Source: an uncultured virus (IMG/VR IMGVR_UViG_3300035670_000158) (Duplodnaviria; Heunggongvirae; Uroviricota; Caudoviricetes). Taken from it: 64,000 bases of DNA. A program made the position numbers and the translations under genes. Numbering within the stretch: position 1 is the stretch's first letter; every line of letters begins with the position of its first letter. The notes beneath the pieces were generated by a model. It searched no databases. It was not told the DNA's origin and worked only from the letters and a program-made list of their open reading frames with translations. Below, in pieces: positions 40,031 through 51,729 of this stretch. Location of the stretch: IMG/VR virus record IMGVR_UViG_3300035670_000158, positions 1 through 64,000 of that record. One strand, 5' to 3'.

Positions 40031-42522
40031 TGCGATTTTACACTAACGTTCAACTTGTCGGGAATCAATTTCTCGTTCGTGGTTATGATAATGGAGAACA
40101 TTTCTCTCTAAGAGATGAGTTCAAACCAACACTTTTTGTGGATTCAAAGAGTGAAAAAGGAAAATACAAAACTTTAGATGGTAAGACTGTAGAACCTATT
40201 CAACCAGGTTATGTCAAAGATTGTCGTGAGTTTTTGGAAAAATATAAAGATGTTGATGGGTTCAACATCTATGGCAATGAGCGTTACATTTATCAGTATA
40301 TTTCTGAAAAATATCCAGAAGAAGAAATCAAGTTTGATATGTCAAAAATCAAACTTGTAACTCTTGACATTGAAACAACTTCTGAGGAAGGATTTCCTGA
40401 TGTAAATACTTGCTCCGAAGAACTTCTTACGATTACAATACAAGATTATGCCTCCAAGAAAATTATTACTTGGGGTGTAAAACCATTTAAGACTCAAAGA
40501 AAAGATCTCTTATATATTGTCTGCAACAATGAGCATGATCTTTTAGAAAAATTTATTTCTTATTGGGAACAACAGACACCAGAAGTAATAACTGGATGGA
40601 ATATTCAGTTATTTGATATGCCATACATTGGTGGTCGTCTCAAACGTGTTCTTGGCGAAAAAAGAATGAAAAGACTTTCTCCTTGGGGTCTTGTCACAGA
40701 ACAGGAAGTATACATCAAAGGTCGTTGTCACAAATCTTTGGATATTGGTGGCGTGACTCAGCTGGATTATCTTGATTTGTATAAGAAATTTACTTATACA
40801 AACCAGGAATCTTATCGTCTAGATCATATTGCAGAGGTTGAACTTGGTCAGAAAAAACTTGATCACTCTGAATTTGATACCTTCAAAGAATTTTATACAG
40901 GAAATTGGCAAAAGTTTGTTGAGTATAACATTATTGACGTAGAACTTGTTGACCGCTTGGAAGACAAGATGAAACTAATTGAACTTGCTATTACAATGGC
41001 ATATGATGCAAAGGCAAATTTTACCGATGTGTTTTATCAAGTCCGAATGTGGGATTCTATTATCTACAATTATCTCAAAAAAAGAAACATTGTCATTCCT
41101 CAAAAGAAAAAGTCATCAAAGGATGAAAAGTATGAAGGAGCATATGTAAAAGAACCTAAACCAGGTAGTTATGATTGGGTCGTATCTTTTGACTTGAATA
41201 GTCTGTATCCGCATCTCATCATGCAATATAACATTTCTCCAGAGACTCTTTTGGACACTCCTCATCCAAGTTGCTCTGTGGACAAAATCTTATCGGGGAC
41301 TTTTATTGCTGATGGTAAGTATGCCACTGCTGCCAATGGTGCAATGTATACTAAAAAGTTTCGTGGATTTCTTCCAGAATTGATGGAAAAAATCTATGAA
41401 GATCGTACCATCTACAAAAAGAAGATGATTGCTGCCAAACAGCAGTATGAAAAAACTCCTACGATAGAACTTGAAAAAGAAATTGCTCGTTGCAATAACA
41501 TTCAAATGGCAAGAAAGATTCAACTCAATTCTGCCTATGGTGCAATTGGTAATCAGTATTTTCGATATTATAAACTTGAAAATGCAGAAGCAATTACACT
41601 TTCTGGTCAGGCATCAATTAGGTGGATTGAAAATAAAATGAATGTCTACTTAAATAATATTCTCAAAACAGAGGGTGAAGATTATGTTATTGCTTCAGAT
41701 ACTGATTCTATCTATCTCAATATGGGCCCTTTGGTCAAAACTGTATACCAGGGAAGAGAAAAAACTACTGAAAGCATTGTTTCGTTCCTTGATAAGATCT
41801 GTGCAATGGAACTTGAAAAATATATTGAAAGTTCTTATAAAGAACTGGCAGAATATGTGAATGCATATGATCAAAAGATGCAGATGAAGCGAGAGAACAT
41901 TGCTGATCGTGGAATCTGGACTGCTAAGAAACGTTATATCCTCAACGTTTGGGACAGCGAAGGAGTTCGTTATGAATCTCCGAAACTAAAGGTAATGGGT
42001 ATTGAAGCAGTCAAATCATCAACTCCTGCACCATGCCGAAAGATGCTAAAGGATTCTTTCAAAATTATGATGAATGGATCGGAAGATGATATAATTAATT
42101 TTGTATCAACGTGTAAAAAAGAATTCAAGTCTCTCAAACCAGAAGAAGTTTCATTTCCTCGTTCCGTTTCTGATGTTGAAAAGTATAGATCAGTAAACTC
42201 AATTTACGAAAAAGGAACTCCTATTCATGTTCGTGGGGCACTTCTTTTCAATTACTACATAAAACAGAAAAAATTAACACACAAATATTCTCTCATTCAA
42301 AATGGGGAAAAAATCAAGTTCTGTTATTTGAAAAAACCAAATCCAATCCATGAAAATGTTTTGACATTTATTCAAGATTGGCCAAAAGAACTTGATCTAG
42401 AACAATACATTGATTATGACCTTCAATTTGAAAAAGCATTTTTAGAACCACTAAAAACAATTCTTGATGCTATTGGATGGTCTGTTGAAAAAACTGTAAC
42501 TTTGGAGTCTTTCTTCTCATGA
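40030..42522 (+). CDS. gp43: Family B DNA polymerase gp43
   Basis: DIET exonuclease, SFDLNSLYPH, KIQLNSAYG, DTDS motifs. Confidence 0.97.
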   Translation: MRFYTNVQLVGNQFLVRGYDNGEHFSLRDEFKPTLFVDSKSEKGKYKTLDGKTVEPIQPGYVKDCREFLEKYKDVDGFNIYGNERYIYQYISEKYPEEEIKFDMSKIKLVTLDIETTSEEGFPDVNTCSEELLTITIQDYASKKIITWGVKPFKTQRKDLLYIVCNNEHDLLEKFISYWEQQTPEVITGWNIQLFDMPYIGGRLKRVLGEKRMKRLSPWGLVTEQEVYIKGRCHKSLDIGGVTQLDYLDLYKKFTYTNQESYRLDHIAEVELGQKKLDHSEFDTFKEFYTGNWQKFVEYNIIDVELVDRLEDKMKLIELAITMAYDAKANFTDVFYQVRMWDSIIYNYLKKRNIVIPQKKKSSKDEKYEGAYVKEPKPGSYDWVVSFDLNSLYPHLIMQYNISPETLLDTPHPSCSVDKILSGTFIADGKYATAANGAMYTKKFRGFLPELMEKIYEDRTIYKKKMIAAKQQYEKTPTIELEKEIARCNNIQMARKIQLNSAYGAIGNQYFRYYKLENAEAITLSGQASIRWIENKMNVYLNNILKTEGEDYVIASDTDSIYLNMGPLVKTVYQGREKTTESIVSFLDKICAMELEKYIESSYKELAEYVNAYDQKMQMKRENIADRGIWTAKKRYILNVWDSEGVRYESPKLKVMGIEAVKSSTPAPCRKMLKDSFKIMMNGSEDDIINFVSTCKKEFKSLKPEEVSFPRSVSDVEKYRSVNSIYEKGTPIHVRGALLFNYYIKQKKLTHKYSLIQNGEKIKFCYLKKPNPIHENVLTFIQDWPKELDLEQYIDYDLQFEKAFLEPLKTILDAIGWSVEKTVTLESFFS

Positions 42523-42701
42523 CAAACGATGATGAATCAAAACAAGAAAAGTGGAATCGTGGACTGGATTTGTTTGTGGAATCTGTTCTGAAACCAGATC
42601 AAGATCTGAGACAATGTGCTCATGATCAAAAATGCTATACAGAATTGATGGATATTCGCCAGAATGTGCTAGAATATCTGAACAGTATGAGGTGGTATTG
42701 A
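42519..42701 (+). CDS. Hypothetical protein
   Basis: 60-aa ORF coupled to both gp43 and uvsX. Confidence 0.55.
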   Translation: MTNDDESKQEKWNRGLDLFVESVLKPDQDLRQCAHDQKCYTELMDIRQNVLEYLNSMRWY

Positions 42702-43708
42702 TGGATTTTTTGAAGGATATTGTAAAGGAAATAGGAGGTGAATACACACAACTTGCCTCCGATATTGACGAAACAGAAAAATATGTTGATACGGGTTCAT
42801 ACATTTTTAATGCACTGGTTTCAGGTAGTATTTTTGGTGGTGTATCTGGGAATAAGATTACTGCTATTGCTGGAGAGTCTAGTACTGGAAAGACTTTTTT
42901 CTCTCTCGCAGTGGTTAAGAACTTTCTTGATACTCATCCCAATGGTTACTGTCTCTACTTTGACACTGAGGCTGCTATTACTAAATCGCTTGTAGAATCC
43001 CGTGGAATTGATACTTCTCGTTTGGTTGTTGTCAACGTTGTTACTGTGGAAGAGTTTCGTGGAAAGGCACTCAAAGCAGTAGATATGTATTTGAAGGCAC
43101 CAGTAGATGAACGCAAACCTTGTATGTTTGTGTTAGACTCTTTGGGAATGCTCTCAACCGAGAAAGAGATTACTGATGCACTGAATGATAAACAAGTTCG
43201 TGATATGACAAAATCACAACTTGTAAAGGGTGCTTTCAGAATGTTGACATTGAAGTTGGGGCAGGCTAATATACCAATGATTGTTACCAACCACACCTAT
43301 GATGTTATCGGCGCTTATGTACCTACAAAAGAGATGGGTGGTGGTAGTGGTCTTAAGTATGCCGCTTCTACTATCATCTATCTCAGCAAGAAGAAAGAAA
43401 AGGATGGAACAGAAGTCATTGGAAATATTATCAAAGCAAAGACTGCTAAATCGCGTTTGAGTAAAGAAAACAAAGAAGTTGAGATTCGTTTGTATTATGA
43501 TGAACGTGGTCTTGATCGGTATTATGGACTTCTTGAACTCGGTGAGGTTGGTGGACTCTGGAAAAATGTAGCAGGGCGTTATGAAATGGACGGAAAGAAA
43601 ATTTATGGAAAAGAAATTTTGAAGAATCCAGATCAGTACTTTACACAACAAGTCATGCAAGCATTAGACGAAACTGCTAAGAGGGAGTTTAGTTATGGAG
43701 AAAGTTGA
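42701..43708 (+). CDS. uvsX: RecA-like recombinase UvsX
   Basis: [20 protein letters not shown] motifs; ATG at 42701. Confidence 0.95.
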   Translation: MDFLKDIVKEIGGEYTQLASDIDETEKYVDTGSYIFNALVSGSIFGGVSGNKITAIAGESSTGKTFFSLAVVKNFLDTHPNGYCLYFDTEAAITKSLVESRGIDTSRLVVVNVVTVEEFRGKALKAVDMYLKAPVDERKPCMFVLDSLGMLSTEKEITDALNDKQVRDMTKSQLVKGAFRMLTLKLGQANIPMIVTNHTYDVIGAYVPTKEMGGGSGLKYAASTIIYLSKKKEKDGTEVIGNIIKAKTAKSRLSKENKEVEIRLYYDERGLDRYYGLLELGEVGGLWKNVAGRYEMDGKKIYGKEILKNPDQYFTQQVMQALDETAKREFSYGES

Positions 43709-45074
43709 GATTCTTGTAATCAGGAATCTCCTCTTTAATGAAGAATTTGTACGAAAAGTTATTCCATTTATCAAAAAAGATTACTTTGAAGATTCAAGTA
43801 ATCAAATTCTTTTTGAGGAGATTTCATCATTCATTGTCAAATATGATGAGTTACCCAATAAAGAAGCATTATCTATTGAGGTAGAAAACAGGGCAGACTT
43901 GAATGAAACTTCTTATAAAGAAGTTTCTAAGATTCTTTCCTACTTAGAAAAAGAACCAGTAGATTCTGAATGGTTGATGGACACCACAGAGAAGTGGTGT
44001 CGTGATCGTGCCATTTATCTAGCACTCATGGAATCTATTGCTCTTGCCGATGGCGGAGATGATAAGAAAGGTAGAGATGCGATTCCATCCATTCTCTCAG
44101 ATGCTCTAGCAGTTTCTTTTGATAATCATGTTGGGCATGATTATCTTTTAGATTACGAAGAACGTTATGCTTTATACCACAGAAAAGAGGAAAAAATTCC
44201 GTTTGACCTTGAATACTTTAACAAAATTACCAAAGGTGGTTTACCTAATAAGACTCTCAATATCGCTCTTGCTGGTACGGGTGTCGGCAAAAGTCTATTC
44301 ATGTGCCATGTTGCTAGTGCCTGTCTCATGCAAGGCAAGAACGTACTCTACATTACATGTGAAATGGCAGAGGAGAAAATTGCTGAGCGAATTGATGCCA
44401 ACCTCCTCAATGTAAATATTCAGGATATCACTGATCTGCCTAAACAAATGTTTGAAAGCAAGGTCAACAGTCTTGCTAAGAAAACACAAGGTCAACTCAT
44501 CATCAAAGAGTATCCAACTGCATCAGCACATGCTGGTCATTTCAGGTCTCTTTTGAATGAACTGGCACTGAAGAAATCCTTCCGTCCAGATATTATCTTT
44601 ATTGATTATCTAAACATCTGCGTTTCTTCTAGATACCGTGGAAATAGCAACATCAATTCATATACGTTTGTAAAGGCAATTGCCGAAGAACTTCGTGGTC
44701 TTGCCGTGGAAGCAAATGTCCCTATTGTTTCTGCTACTCAAACCACTCGTTCTGGTTATGGTTCTTCTGATGTTGAACTAACCGATACTTCAGAATCATT
44801 TGGTCTCCCTGCTACTGCTGACTTGATGTTTGCTCTAATCTCCACTGAGGAACTTGAAGGTCTTGGTCAAATTATGGTCAAGCAATTGAAGAATAGATAT
44901 AATGATCCAACTATGAATAAACGTTTTGTAGTTGGCATTGATCGTGCTAAAATGAGACTGTACGATTGTGAACAGTCAGCACAAAACGACATCCTTGACA
45001 ATGGCAAGGAGGAAGAGTATGATTATCCTGAAGAATCAAACCTAAAGAAAAAATTCTCATCACTTAAATTCTAA
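43695..45074 (+). CDS. gp41: Replicative helicase gp41
   Basis: [31 protein letters not shown] motifs. Confidence 0.96.
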   Translation: MEKVEILVIRNLLFNEEFVRKVIPFIKKDYFEDSSNQILFEEISSFIVKYDELPNKEALSIEVENRADLNETSYKEVSKILSYLEKEPVDSEWLMDTTEKWCRDRAIYLALMESIALADGGDDKKGRDAIPSILSDALAVSFDNHVGHDYLLDYEERYALYHRKEEKIPFDLEYFNKITKGGLPNKTLNIALAGTGVGKSLFMCHVASACLMQGKNVLYITCEMAEEKIAERIDANLLNVNIQDITDLPKQMFESKVNSLAKKTQGQLIIKEYPTASAHAGHFRSLLNELALKKSFRPDIIFIDYLNICVSSRYRGNSNINSYTFVKAIAEELRGLAVEANVPIVSATQTTRSGYGSSDVELTDTSESFGLPATADLMFALISTEELEGLGQIMVKQLKNRYNDPTMNKRFVVGIDRAKMRLYDCEQSAQNDILDNGKEEEYDYPEESNLKKKFSSLKF

Positions 45075-45478
45075 TGATTGACCCACAAAATTACGTCGAA
45101 TTTGTACGTGAAACAACTAGTTCCACTTCTTTGGACTATGCTGTTTTTCTAACAAGACTCAACTCACTTGAACTTGAGGACAGGTGCAATGTTACTCAAC
45201 TTCTAACTGCTGCTCTTGGTATGACATCTGAAGCGGGTGAGTTTACTGAAGTTGTAAAGAAAATTATTTTTCAAGGAAAACCATACAATGAAGATAATAT
45301 TTTTCACATGAAACGTGAACTGGGTGATATCATGTGGTATGTTGCTCAAGCATGTATGGCACTTGATATTAGTATTGAAGAAATTCTTCAAATGAATTAT
45401 GAAAAACTTAGTGCTCGTTATCCAGAGGGAACATTCAGTGTTGAGCGTTCTGAACATCGCAAAGAAGGAGATCTTTAA
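45074..45478 (+). CDS. mazG: MazG-like NTP pyrophosphohydrolase
   Basis: EAGEFTEVVKK, RELGDIMWY, KLSARYP motifs. Confidence 0.9.
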   Translation: MIDPQNYVEFVRETTSSTSLDYAVFLTRLNSLELEDRCNVTQLLTAALGMTSEAGEFTEVVKKIIFQGKPYNEDNIFHMKRELGDIMWYVAQACMALDISIEEILQMNYEKLSARYPEGTFSVERSEHRKEGDL

Positions 45479-45488
45479 TGCAATTTAT

Positions 45489-45517
45489 ACCCCTCTAAAT
45501 ATTAGAGGGGTTTTTTT
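45489..45517 (+). terminator. Terminator hairpin containing a late promoter
   Basis: ACCCCTCTAA-ATA-TTAGAGGGGT plus T-run; CTAAATA at 45495. Confidence 0.75.
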
Positions 45518-45522
45518 ATCCG

Positions 45523-46698
45523 ATGGCAACTAACGCTATTGAAACTGCAAAACAAGAAAACGGATCTAAAGTTTTCTTTGAGCATTTTATAGAAAATGGA
45601 AAAGAACCATCGGATGCAATTATGCTGAAAGTTTATGATGGATATAATTCTGAGTGGAAAGAAACTTATAGAAAACAAGCAATAGCTCTAAAGAATTTTC
45701 TTGGTTCTAAAAAAGGATATGAATATTCTAGAGATTCTGGAATTATGCCATTTTTGGAAGACATTGCCAAAAGAGACTGTGGCGTTTCTGTAAAGGATCG
45801 TTGGAATCCAATGGATATAGTGCTTATTAAAAAAAGTGAGAAAGGAACAATAGAAGGAACTATAAGAGAACTCACCAATATTGATGGAATGACAAAACAA
45901 GCAAACCTTGTTTTGTTGAATGCTTATATGAGAGAAGCATTGGAAGAAAAAATTCTTGTAGGAGTTTCTCTCAAAGCAATTGCAAAAAATAAAAAAACTG
46001 CTAGTGCTGAACTAGCAAATATGGGCGGAGATAAAAGTGCGAGAATTAATATTGATTTAGTTCCAGGATCCTTGAAATGTACGCTTACACTTGGTAAAAA
46101 ACAAAATTACTTGTTTGATACTGGAGAGTTGGGATTTGATTTGCAAACGGAATCTGGTGGAAAAATTCATGGTCAATCTAGAAACTTTCAATATTCAAAA
46201 GAGAGAAATCTTGTTCAAACAGACCTAACACCTAAGGGAAAAGATGCTGGAGCAAAACTGGGAAAAGTTTCTAGTGTTGCCATGGATAAATTTTTATCAG
46301 ATCTTGGATTTACAAGACCATCTTCTGCCGCCAAACATCCTCATATTCCTCCAGTTGGTCAGTGGAATGATGCCGATAAAGATTATTGGATAAAACTTTA
46401 TAATCGATTAAGCACTAATACTATGGTTGATTTTGGAGAAGTTGCTGTATACCAAGACAAAAGAAAAATAGCAGATGGATTTGAAGCAGTTCTAGAAAAC
46501 GCTATCATCTATGAAACTGGAAAGGTAGATAGAAGTTCTGGAGGAAGATTTTCATCAAAACTTATTGCGATGGAATGGGCAAAAATATGGACTGAACTTG
46601 CTACAAAAAAAGAAATGCAAAACTGGTGTAGAGTTTTGTATTATGGAGCTAAGAAAGAATTTGGATCAACTAACGGACCATTTTTGAAGATTTATTGA
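45523..46698 (+). CDS. Hypothetical protein (possible PD-(D/E)xK nuclease-like)
   Basis: 391 aa; DRWNPMDIVL...GVSLK pattern. Confidence 0.5.
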   Translation: MATNAIETAKQENGSKVFFEHFIENGKEPSDAIMLKVYDGYNSEWKETYRKQAIALKNFLGSKKGYEYSRDSGIMPFLEDIAKRDCGVSVKDRWNPMDIVLIKKSEKGTIEGTIRELTNIDGMTKQANLVLLNAYMREALEEKILVGVSLKAIAKNKKTASAELANMGGDKSARINIDLVPGSLKCTLTLGKKQNYLFDTGELGFDLQTESGGKIHGQSRNFQYSKERNLVQTDLTPKGKDAGAKLGKVSSVAMDKFLSDLGFTRPSSAAKHPHIPPVGQWNDADKDYWIKLYNRLSTNTMVDFGEVAVYQDKRKIADGFEAVLENAIIYETGKVDRSSGGRFSSKLIAMEWAKIWTELATKKEMQNWCRVLYYGAKKEFGSTNGPFLKIY

Positions 46699-46731
46699 AT
46701 CAATAAATAATAGTTAAGAAGGATACTATAA

Positions 46732-48201
46732 ATGAAAAGTTTTTCGCAATTCATTTCGGAGGCAGTAATCTCACGCGCTGTAGAAAAAGCAAAGCGTTTG
46801 GGGTTGGTTTCGGATGGGCACGGGAACTGGTATGATCGTCAGGGACAATACAAGGGCAGAACTTATAAAGGCGATCTCCTCTTAAGTAAAGGAAGAGAGG
46901 GTAAAAAAGAAGAACCTGGTGCTCAAAAGCAATCCACTACTGCTGCTCCTTCTAAAGAAACTCAACCAACAGCACAGGCAAGACCTGAACCACGCCGCTC
47001 CTCTGGAGAAGAGGGTTCAGCACCAGAACAAACTGGTGAAAAAAGATTTTTAACGGTTGCGTTTGGTCGTTTCAACCCACCAACTGTAGGTCACGAAAAA
47101 CTTTTGGATGCTACTAAAAAACAGGCTGGTGGCGGAGCATACAAAATTTATCCATCACGTTCAGAAGATCCTAAGAAAAATCCTCTTTCTGCTGATGAAA
47201 AAATTTCATACATGAGAAAGATGTATCCAACACATGGAGAAAGGATCATCAACGATGAGGATATGAGAAGCATATTTGACGTTTTAACGAGGGCATATGA
47301 GGACGGATACACAGGTATCAACATCATGGTTGGTGCTGACCGAAAAGCAGAGTTTGAGAAACTCGCAAATAACTACAACGGCGAATTGTATGATTTTGAC
47401 GAAATTAACGTTGTGTCAGCAGGGGAGCGTGATCCCGATGCTGAAGGTGTCGAGGGCATGTCTGCCTCTAAACTTAGAAAAGCAGCTGCTGATGGAGATT
47501 TCAAGACGTTCAGATCGGGGGTCCCTAAAGCATTAGATGATGAAGACGCAAAGAAACTTTTCAATACTCTTCGTAGTAAGATGGGTATCAAGGGAAAGGT
47601 CACCGCAGAATCAATTAATCTTTGGGAGATTGCTCCAAAACTTGATTGGAAAGGTCTAAGAGAAAATTATGTCAACGAATTAATTTTTAGAGTAGGTGAC
47701 ATTGTAGAAAATCTCAATACTGGATTGATTGGTAAAATTATTCGTAGAGGAACTAATCATTTGATTTGTGTCACTGAGGATAATATGATGTTCAAGTCCT
47801 GGATTCGTGATTTGCGTGAAACAAGAGAGATTGAAAATCCATCGGGTAATCTTAGACAACTTGCTAAAAAAGCAGTCAATAGAAAAGATAACAATATTGA
47901 TGGATTTGTAGATAAGCAAGATCCAAACGTTGGACCATATGGTGCTTTTATTCCTCAAGCAAAAAATTTACCTAAAAATTTCAAAGAGGCATATCAAGAG
48001 AAGAGAGTTGAAGGAAAGACTAGAGTTCCTGGCAAACCAAATACTCTTGCCGGCACTGGGGGATACTTCAAGTATGCTTCTGATATGACACCTGGATTTG
48101 AAAAGGGAGATAAGATGAATTTGCAACCAGGTGGTAAAGCATATAGCGGATATAATCAGACAGGTATCAAAGAATTTATAAATAAGTATAAAAAGTCTTA
48201 G
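46732..48201 (+). CDS. Cytidyltransferase-like (HIGH superfamily) nucleotidyltransferase
   Basis: [23 protein letters not shown] motifs; ATAAATA upstream. Confidence 0.85.
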   Translation: MKSFSQFISEAVISRAVEKAKRLGLVSDGHGNWYDRQGQYKGRTYKGDLLLSKGREGKKEEPGAQKQSTTAAPSKETQPTAQARPEPRRSSGEEGSAPEQTGEKRFLTVAFGRFNPPTVGHEKLLDATKKQAGGGAYKIYPSRSEDPKKNPLSADEKISYMRKMYPTHGERIINDEDMRSIFDVLTRAYEDGYTGINIMVGADRKAEFEKLANNYNGELYDFDEINVVSAGERDPDAEGVEGMSASKLRKAAADGDFKTFRSGVPKALDDEDAKKLFNTLRSKMGIKGKVTAESINLWEIAPKLDWKGLRENYVNELIFRVGDIVENLNTGLIGKIIRRGTNHLICVTEDNMMFKSWIRDLRETREIENPSGNLRQLAKKAVNRKDNNIDGFVDKQDPNVGPYGAFIPQAKNLPKNFKEAYQEKRVEGKTRVPGKPNTLAGTGGYFKYASDMTPGFEKGDKMNLQPGGKAYSGYNQTGIKEFINKYKKS

Positions 48202-48205
48202 TGTA

Positions 48206-49930
48206 ATGGATCTCTACAATAACAAAAAGGCTCTTAGTGAGCTAACGAGTCTTTATATGCAAATGAATGAGTCTTCTTATTTGGAGACTGATATGGAGAA
48301 GCGTCGTAAGAATAATGAAAAAGCAGTTGAAGATATGAAGAAGACTAAGGCTCATAAGGATATGGCAGCTGCCGCCAGAAAGAAACTTGTTGGTGAAGGT
48401 GAAGACAGTGAGTATCGTAGAATGCTTGCAAAGGAACGTCAATCAGAGCGCGAGCGTGAAGCAAAGCGTCCTGGTGTAAAGAGCATCACTCCTGGAAAGA
48501 AAGCAGCAAGTGCTGGTAAAGACTATGCTGATTATCAATCAAAGAGTATTGAAGCTCATGATAAAGCAACTAAAAAAGCAAAGATCACTGTCGGAAATCC
48601 TTTCCCAGAAGAAGTTCAATACACTGAAGCAATTGATCCAAAGGGCGCAGCGAGACAAGATGCTGCAAAGGAAAAAAAGAAAATTGATGTATTTGCATAT
48701 GATAGAAAGATTGGTAGAAAAGATATTCCACCAGCTCCCAAAAATGAAGCACTTGATCCAGTAGGAAGAGAAGACTCTGACATTGATAATGATGGTGATA
48801 CTGATAAGTCAGATAAGTATCTTCATAAGAGAAGAAAAGCAATTGGTAAAGCGATTGCTAAGAAGAAAGGAATGAAAGAAAGTTTATCTAACTGGAGACA
48901 AGATCTTTCTGAGATTCTTGATACTGAAGATGATAAGCAAATCAAAGAAAAAAAGGTAAAGAATAAAGTTGTCATTGATCCAGATTTAAAATTAGAAGAT
49001 ATTGCTTATGAATTAGGTGCTGAGATTATAGAAGTGATTGAACTTGGCGAAGTATCCTATATGGATTATGCTAAGAGCAAACAGGCAGAGAAAAAAGATA
49101 CTCGCATGACTGTTACTGCTGCCGACAAAAAAGCAAATACTCTTGCATACCAAAAGTACAAAGCAGGTGATAAGAGATACAAAGCTGCTTCGCACCTTGG
49201 AGAAGACAATATTGAAGAAAAGGCATTGAGCAAATCACAGCAACGCTTCATGGGTATGGTTTATGCGGCAAAGAAGGGCGAAACCCCTGCCTCTCCTGAG
49301 GTCGCTAAAGCAGCTTCTGGTATGAGCAAGAAAGCAGCAAAGGATTTTGCTGGAACCAAACATAAAGGTCTTCCTGAAAAGAAAGTTGCTAAGGAAGAGA
49401 TTGAAATTGATGAAGCGAAGCAATCTTTCCCCTTCAAGAAAGTTGAAAAACAAATGGCGAAGGCAAGGGCAGGTTCTGTCTATGCTAAAAAAGGAAATCC
49501 TGCAGTTCCTAATACGACTGATGCTGAAAAGAAAAACACAACTCGTTTCAGCAAGATGCACCGTGCGTCTGAAAAAGCAAAGAGAGAAAAGCAAGAGGCA
49601 GATAAAGCAAGACGTTCACCAACTTTCTACAAGGACACTCATCCCGCAAGTGCTCCTAAGATGAAGAAAGCAAATGAGGAGGTTGAAATTCTTGACGAAA
49701 GAAGAAAAGAAGACAAAGTTGCAGGAACTCCAAGAAAACCCCGCAATAAAGCATTTGAGTTAGTTGCTAAATCAATGGGCACTAGTAGAATGGGAGTTCA
49801 ACCAAGAGGGAAAAAGAAAGTACCTGGTGAGAAGAAACCAAATACCCAAGTGACTCCTGCTCAAAAAGTAGCAAAACGTCGTGCTGATGCTCAAAGAGCA
49901 CAAGATATGATGCATTCAAGATTTGACTAA
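48206..49930 (+). CDS. Lys-rich multi-module protein, probable head-internal polyprotein
   Basis: Modules such as [16 protein letters not shown]...YLHKRRKAI and [14 protein letters not shown]...TKHKGLPEK separated by xxE. Confidence 0.6.
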   Translation: MDLYNNKKALSELTSLYMQMNESSYLETDMEKRRKNNEKAVEDMKKTKAHKDMAAAARKKLVGEGEDSEYRRMLAKERQSEREREAKRPGVKSITPGKKAASAGKDYADYQSKSIEAHDKATKKAKITVGNPFPEEVQYTEAIDPKGAARQDAAKEKKKIDVFAYDRKIGRKDIPPAPKNEALDPVGREDSDIDNDGDTDKSDKYLHKRRKAIGKAIAKKKGMKESLSNWRQDLSEILDTEDDKQIKEKKVKNKVVIDPDLKLEDIAYELGAEIIEVIELGEVSYMDYAKSKQAEKKDTRMTVTAADKKANTLAYQKYKAGDKRYKAASHLGEDNIEEKALSKSQQRFMGMVYAAKKGETPASPEVAKAASGMSKKAAKDFAGTKHKGLPEKKVAKEEIEIDEAKQSFPFKKVEKQMAKARAGSVYAKKGNPAVPNTTDAEKKNTTRFSKMHRASEKAKREKQEADKARRSPTFYKDTHPASAPKMKKANEEVEILDERRKEDKVAGTPRKPRNKAFELVAKSMGTSRMGVQPRGKKKVPGEKKPNTQVTPAQKVAKRRADAQRAQDMMHSRFD

Positions 49931-49968
49931 TTCTAAATAAGCTAGGACACTCTTTTACGGAGGACATC

Positions 49969-50139
49969 ATGGGATCACTTGTAGAACTAGTAAAACCACT
50001 TCTTATCATGGCACTTAATTCTTGCCATACTAAGAGACTTGTATGCGATCTTCTAGATCGTTATGTAAAAACCACCGACAATGATATTGATAATGTCATT
50101 GCCGCAACAGTAAAAACAGCACTTCTCAAGAACTGCTGA
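49969..50139 (+). CDS. 56-aa hypothetical protein (not in ORF track)
   Basis: GGAGG SD and CTAAATA upstream; MGSLVELVKPLL...TDNDIDN. Confidence 0.65.
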   Translation: MGSLVELVKPLLIMALNSCHTKRLVCDLLDRYVKTTDNDIDNVIAATVKTALLKNC

Positions 50140-50160
50140 TAGGAAGAAAACAATACAATA

Positions 50161-50192
50161 AGGGACATCTATAAGTGGATGTCCCTTTTTTT
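50161..50192 (+). terminator. Intrinsic terminator followed by a late promoter
   Basis: AGGGACATC...GATGTCCCT, T-run, then TATAAATA. Confidence 0.8.
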
Positions 50193-50226
50193 ATAAATAT
50201 TGATAGAAAATCAATTAGGTAAAGAC

Positions 50227-50772
50227 ATGGCTCTTTGGGGAGATAGAGACAACTTTCAGTCAAATGCAACAGGTATTGCCACTGTAAATTTGTCCGCTAA
50301 AACTATTGATATTGGTGCTGGTCCATTCACATCTGGAATTGGAACCATTACACCTATGATCAAACTTGGACTTGGTGCGACTTGTGGATTTGCCCAGATT
50401 GTCGGTGTAACAAGTGCAAGACTTGTTACGATTGCTAGTACTGAAGCTCTAATTCCTGATGCAACTGGAGCAATTGCTGGTGTTGCCTACTCATTAACTC
50501 AGATGCCAGAATCTCTTGATGAAGATCCTCTGGCTGTCGCTCAAGAAAGAACAGGTATTGCCACTGTAAGATACTTTGGTGTTGGGTCAACTGCAATGAC
50601 CATTGGCTATCAAGGTCTTGCAACTGCTTCTGGATATCGTCCTGCTCACTCTGGTTGGGTTGGTGTTCAGACTTACACCGACAATCACGGAAACCTGAGA
50701 GTTAAGTCAGAAGTATTTGTTGCCATGTCTGGTATTCAAACTGGCAACGAACCATATCCAAATTATAGATGA
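50227..50772 (+). CDS. Virion structural protein (putative)
   Basis: MALWG N-terminus; HSGWVG...RVKSEVFVAM C-terminus; late promoter upstream. Confidence 0.6.
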   Translation: MALWGDRDNFQSNATGIATVNLSAKTIDIGAGPFTSGIGTITPMIKLGLGATCGFAQIVGVTSARLVTIASTEALIPDATGAIAGVAYSLTQMPESLDEDPLAVAQERTGIATVRYFGVGSTAMTIGYQGLATASGYRPAHSGWVGVQTYTDNHGNLRVKSEVFVAMSGIQTGNEPYPNYR

Positions 50773-50781
50773 TAAGAAAGC

Positions 50782-51180
50782 ATGATATTTCATGAACTAA
50801 ATGATGACAACTTTATGCTTTTTGCGATACGGCATTATGAGAATCCTCACTCCGTAACGAGAGATGATTTTTTGGATGATATGAAACGCTTCAAGTATAT
50901 CAAAAGATTACTGAAGCGTTTCAAAAAAACTGGCATCCTAAAATCTCATTTACTGCTCAATCATTTTATTATTTTATTCAACATATTTGGGGATGCAACT
51001 GTCCCATTACTGTTCTATAAAATTGATAAAGATTTGTGGTCAACGATGAAAGCATTCTTGTTATTTTTGAATCGTTTTCCACAGACTCCAAAATGTTACA
51101 TACACGATATCCAAGTTGATTTAGAATGCTTTAAACTTTTACAAACCGAGTATCATGGACAGGGACAAGATTCTGAATAA
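50782..51180 (+). CDS. Conserved hypothetical protein
   Basis: FAIRHYENP, RFKYIKRLL, LLNH motifs. Confidence 0.65.
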   Translation: MIFHELNDDNFMLFAIRHYENPHSVTRDDFLDDMKRFKYIKRLLKRFKKTGILKSHLLLNHFIILFNIFGDATVPLLFYKIDKDLWSTMKAFLLFLNRFPQTPKCYIHDIQVDLECFKLLQTEYHGQGQDSE

Positions 51181-51340
51181 AATACTTGGTTATCTCAGAG
51201 AAGAATCTCCTACTATAAATATTGGTAGTGGGAACATTGCTGGTTCTGTTGAATCTGGAGATGATCCTCCTGTAAGGAGGAAAAAGAAAAGGTACATTTC
51301 TCTAGGAACAGGAAGCAGATCCAGATGGACTGTCAAATAA
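51155..51340 (+). CDS. Hypothetical protein
   Basis: 61 aa; GDDPPVRRKKK. Confidence 0.5.
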   Translation: MDRDKILNKILGYLREESPTINIGSGNIAGSVESGDDPPVRRKKKRYISLGTGSRSRWTVK

Positions 51341-51729
51341 AAGTAGCCGTTTTGGAAGAAAAGGTCGATCATTTTGAGCGACTTGTTTCAAAATTAGATT
51401 CTGCAATTGAAAAAATTGCAGAGGTAAATAATACTGTGTCAAGGATGCTAGCCGTCCATGAAGAAAGAATTACAAAGCAGGAAGAAACTGACGAACTATT
51501 ATTTACTAAAGTTGACAAACTCCGTGATAAAGTGGACAGCGATAATGAGTCACTATCTACAAGAGTTTCGTTACTAGAAAAAAAACTTTGGATATCAATA
51601 GCCATTGTTGGTTTGATAATGGTTGCCACTAATCCAAAATCTTTAGAGCATGTAAAGGATATGATGACATCTAACAGCAAACCTGCTATAATGGCAGTAC
51701 ACGCTAAGACTGTGGATGGATCACATTGA
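51325..51729 (+). CDS. Coiled-coil protein with a C-terminal TM helix
   Basis: KLDSAIEKI, MLAVHEERI, LWISIAIVGLIMV. Confidence 0.6.
   Translation: MDCQIKVAVLEEKVDHFERLVSKLDSAIEKIAEVNNTVSRMLAVHEERITKQEETDELLFTKVDKLRDKVDSDNESLSTRVSLLEKKLWISIAIVGLIMVATNPKSLEHVKDMMTSNSKPAIMAVHAKTVDGSH

Noticed and set aside
46732..48201. CCA-adding enzyme for the CCA-less tRNAs
   Set aside because: Motifs are HIGH-superfamily, not the pol-beta-type nucleotidyltransferase of CCA enzymes
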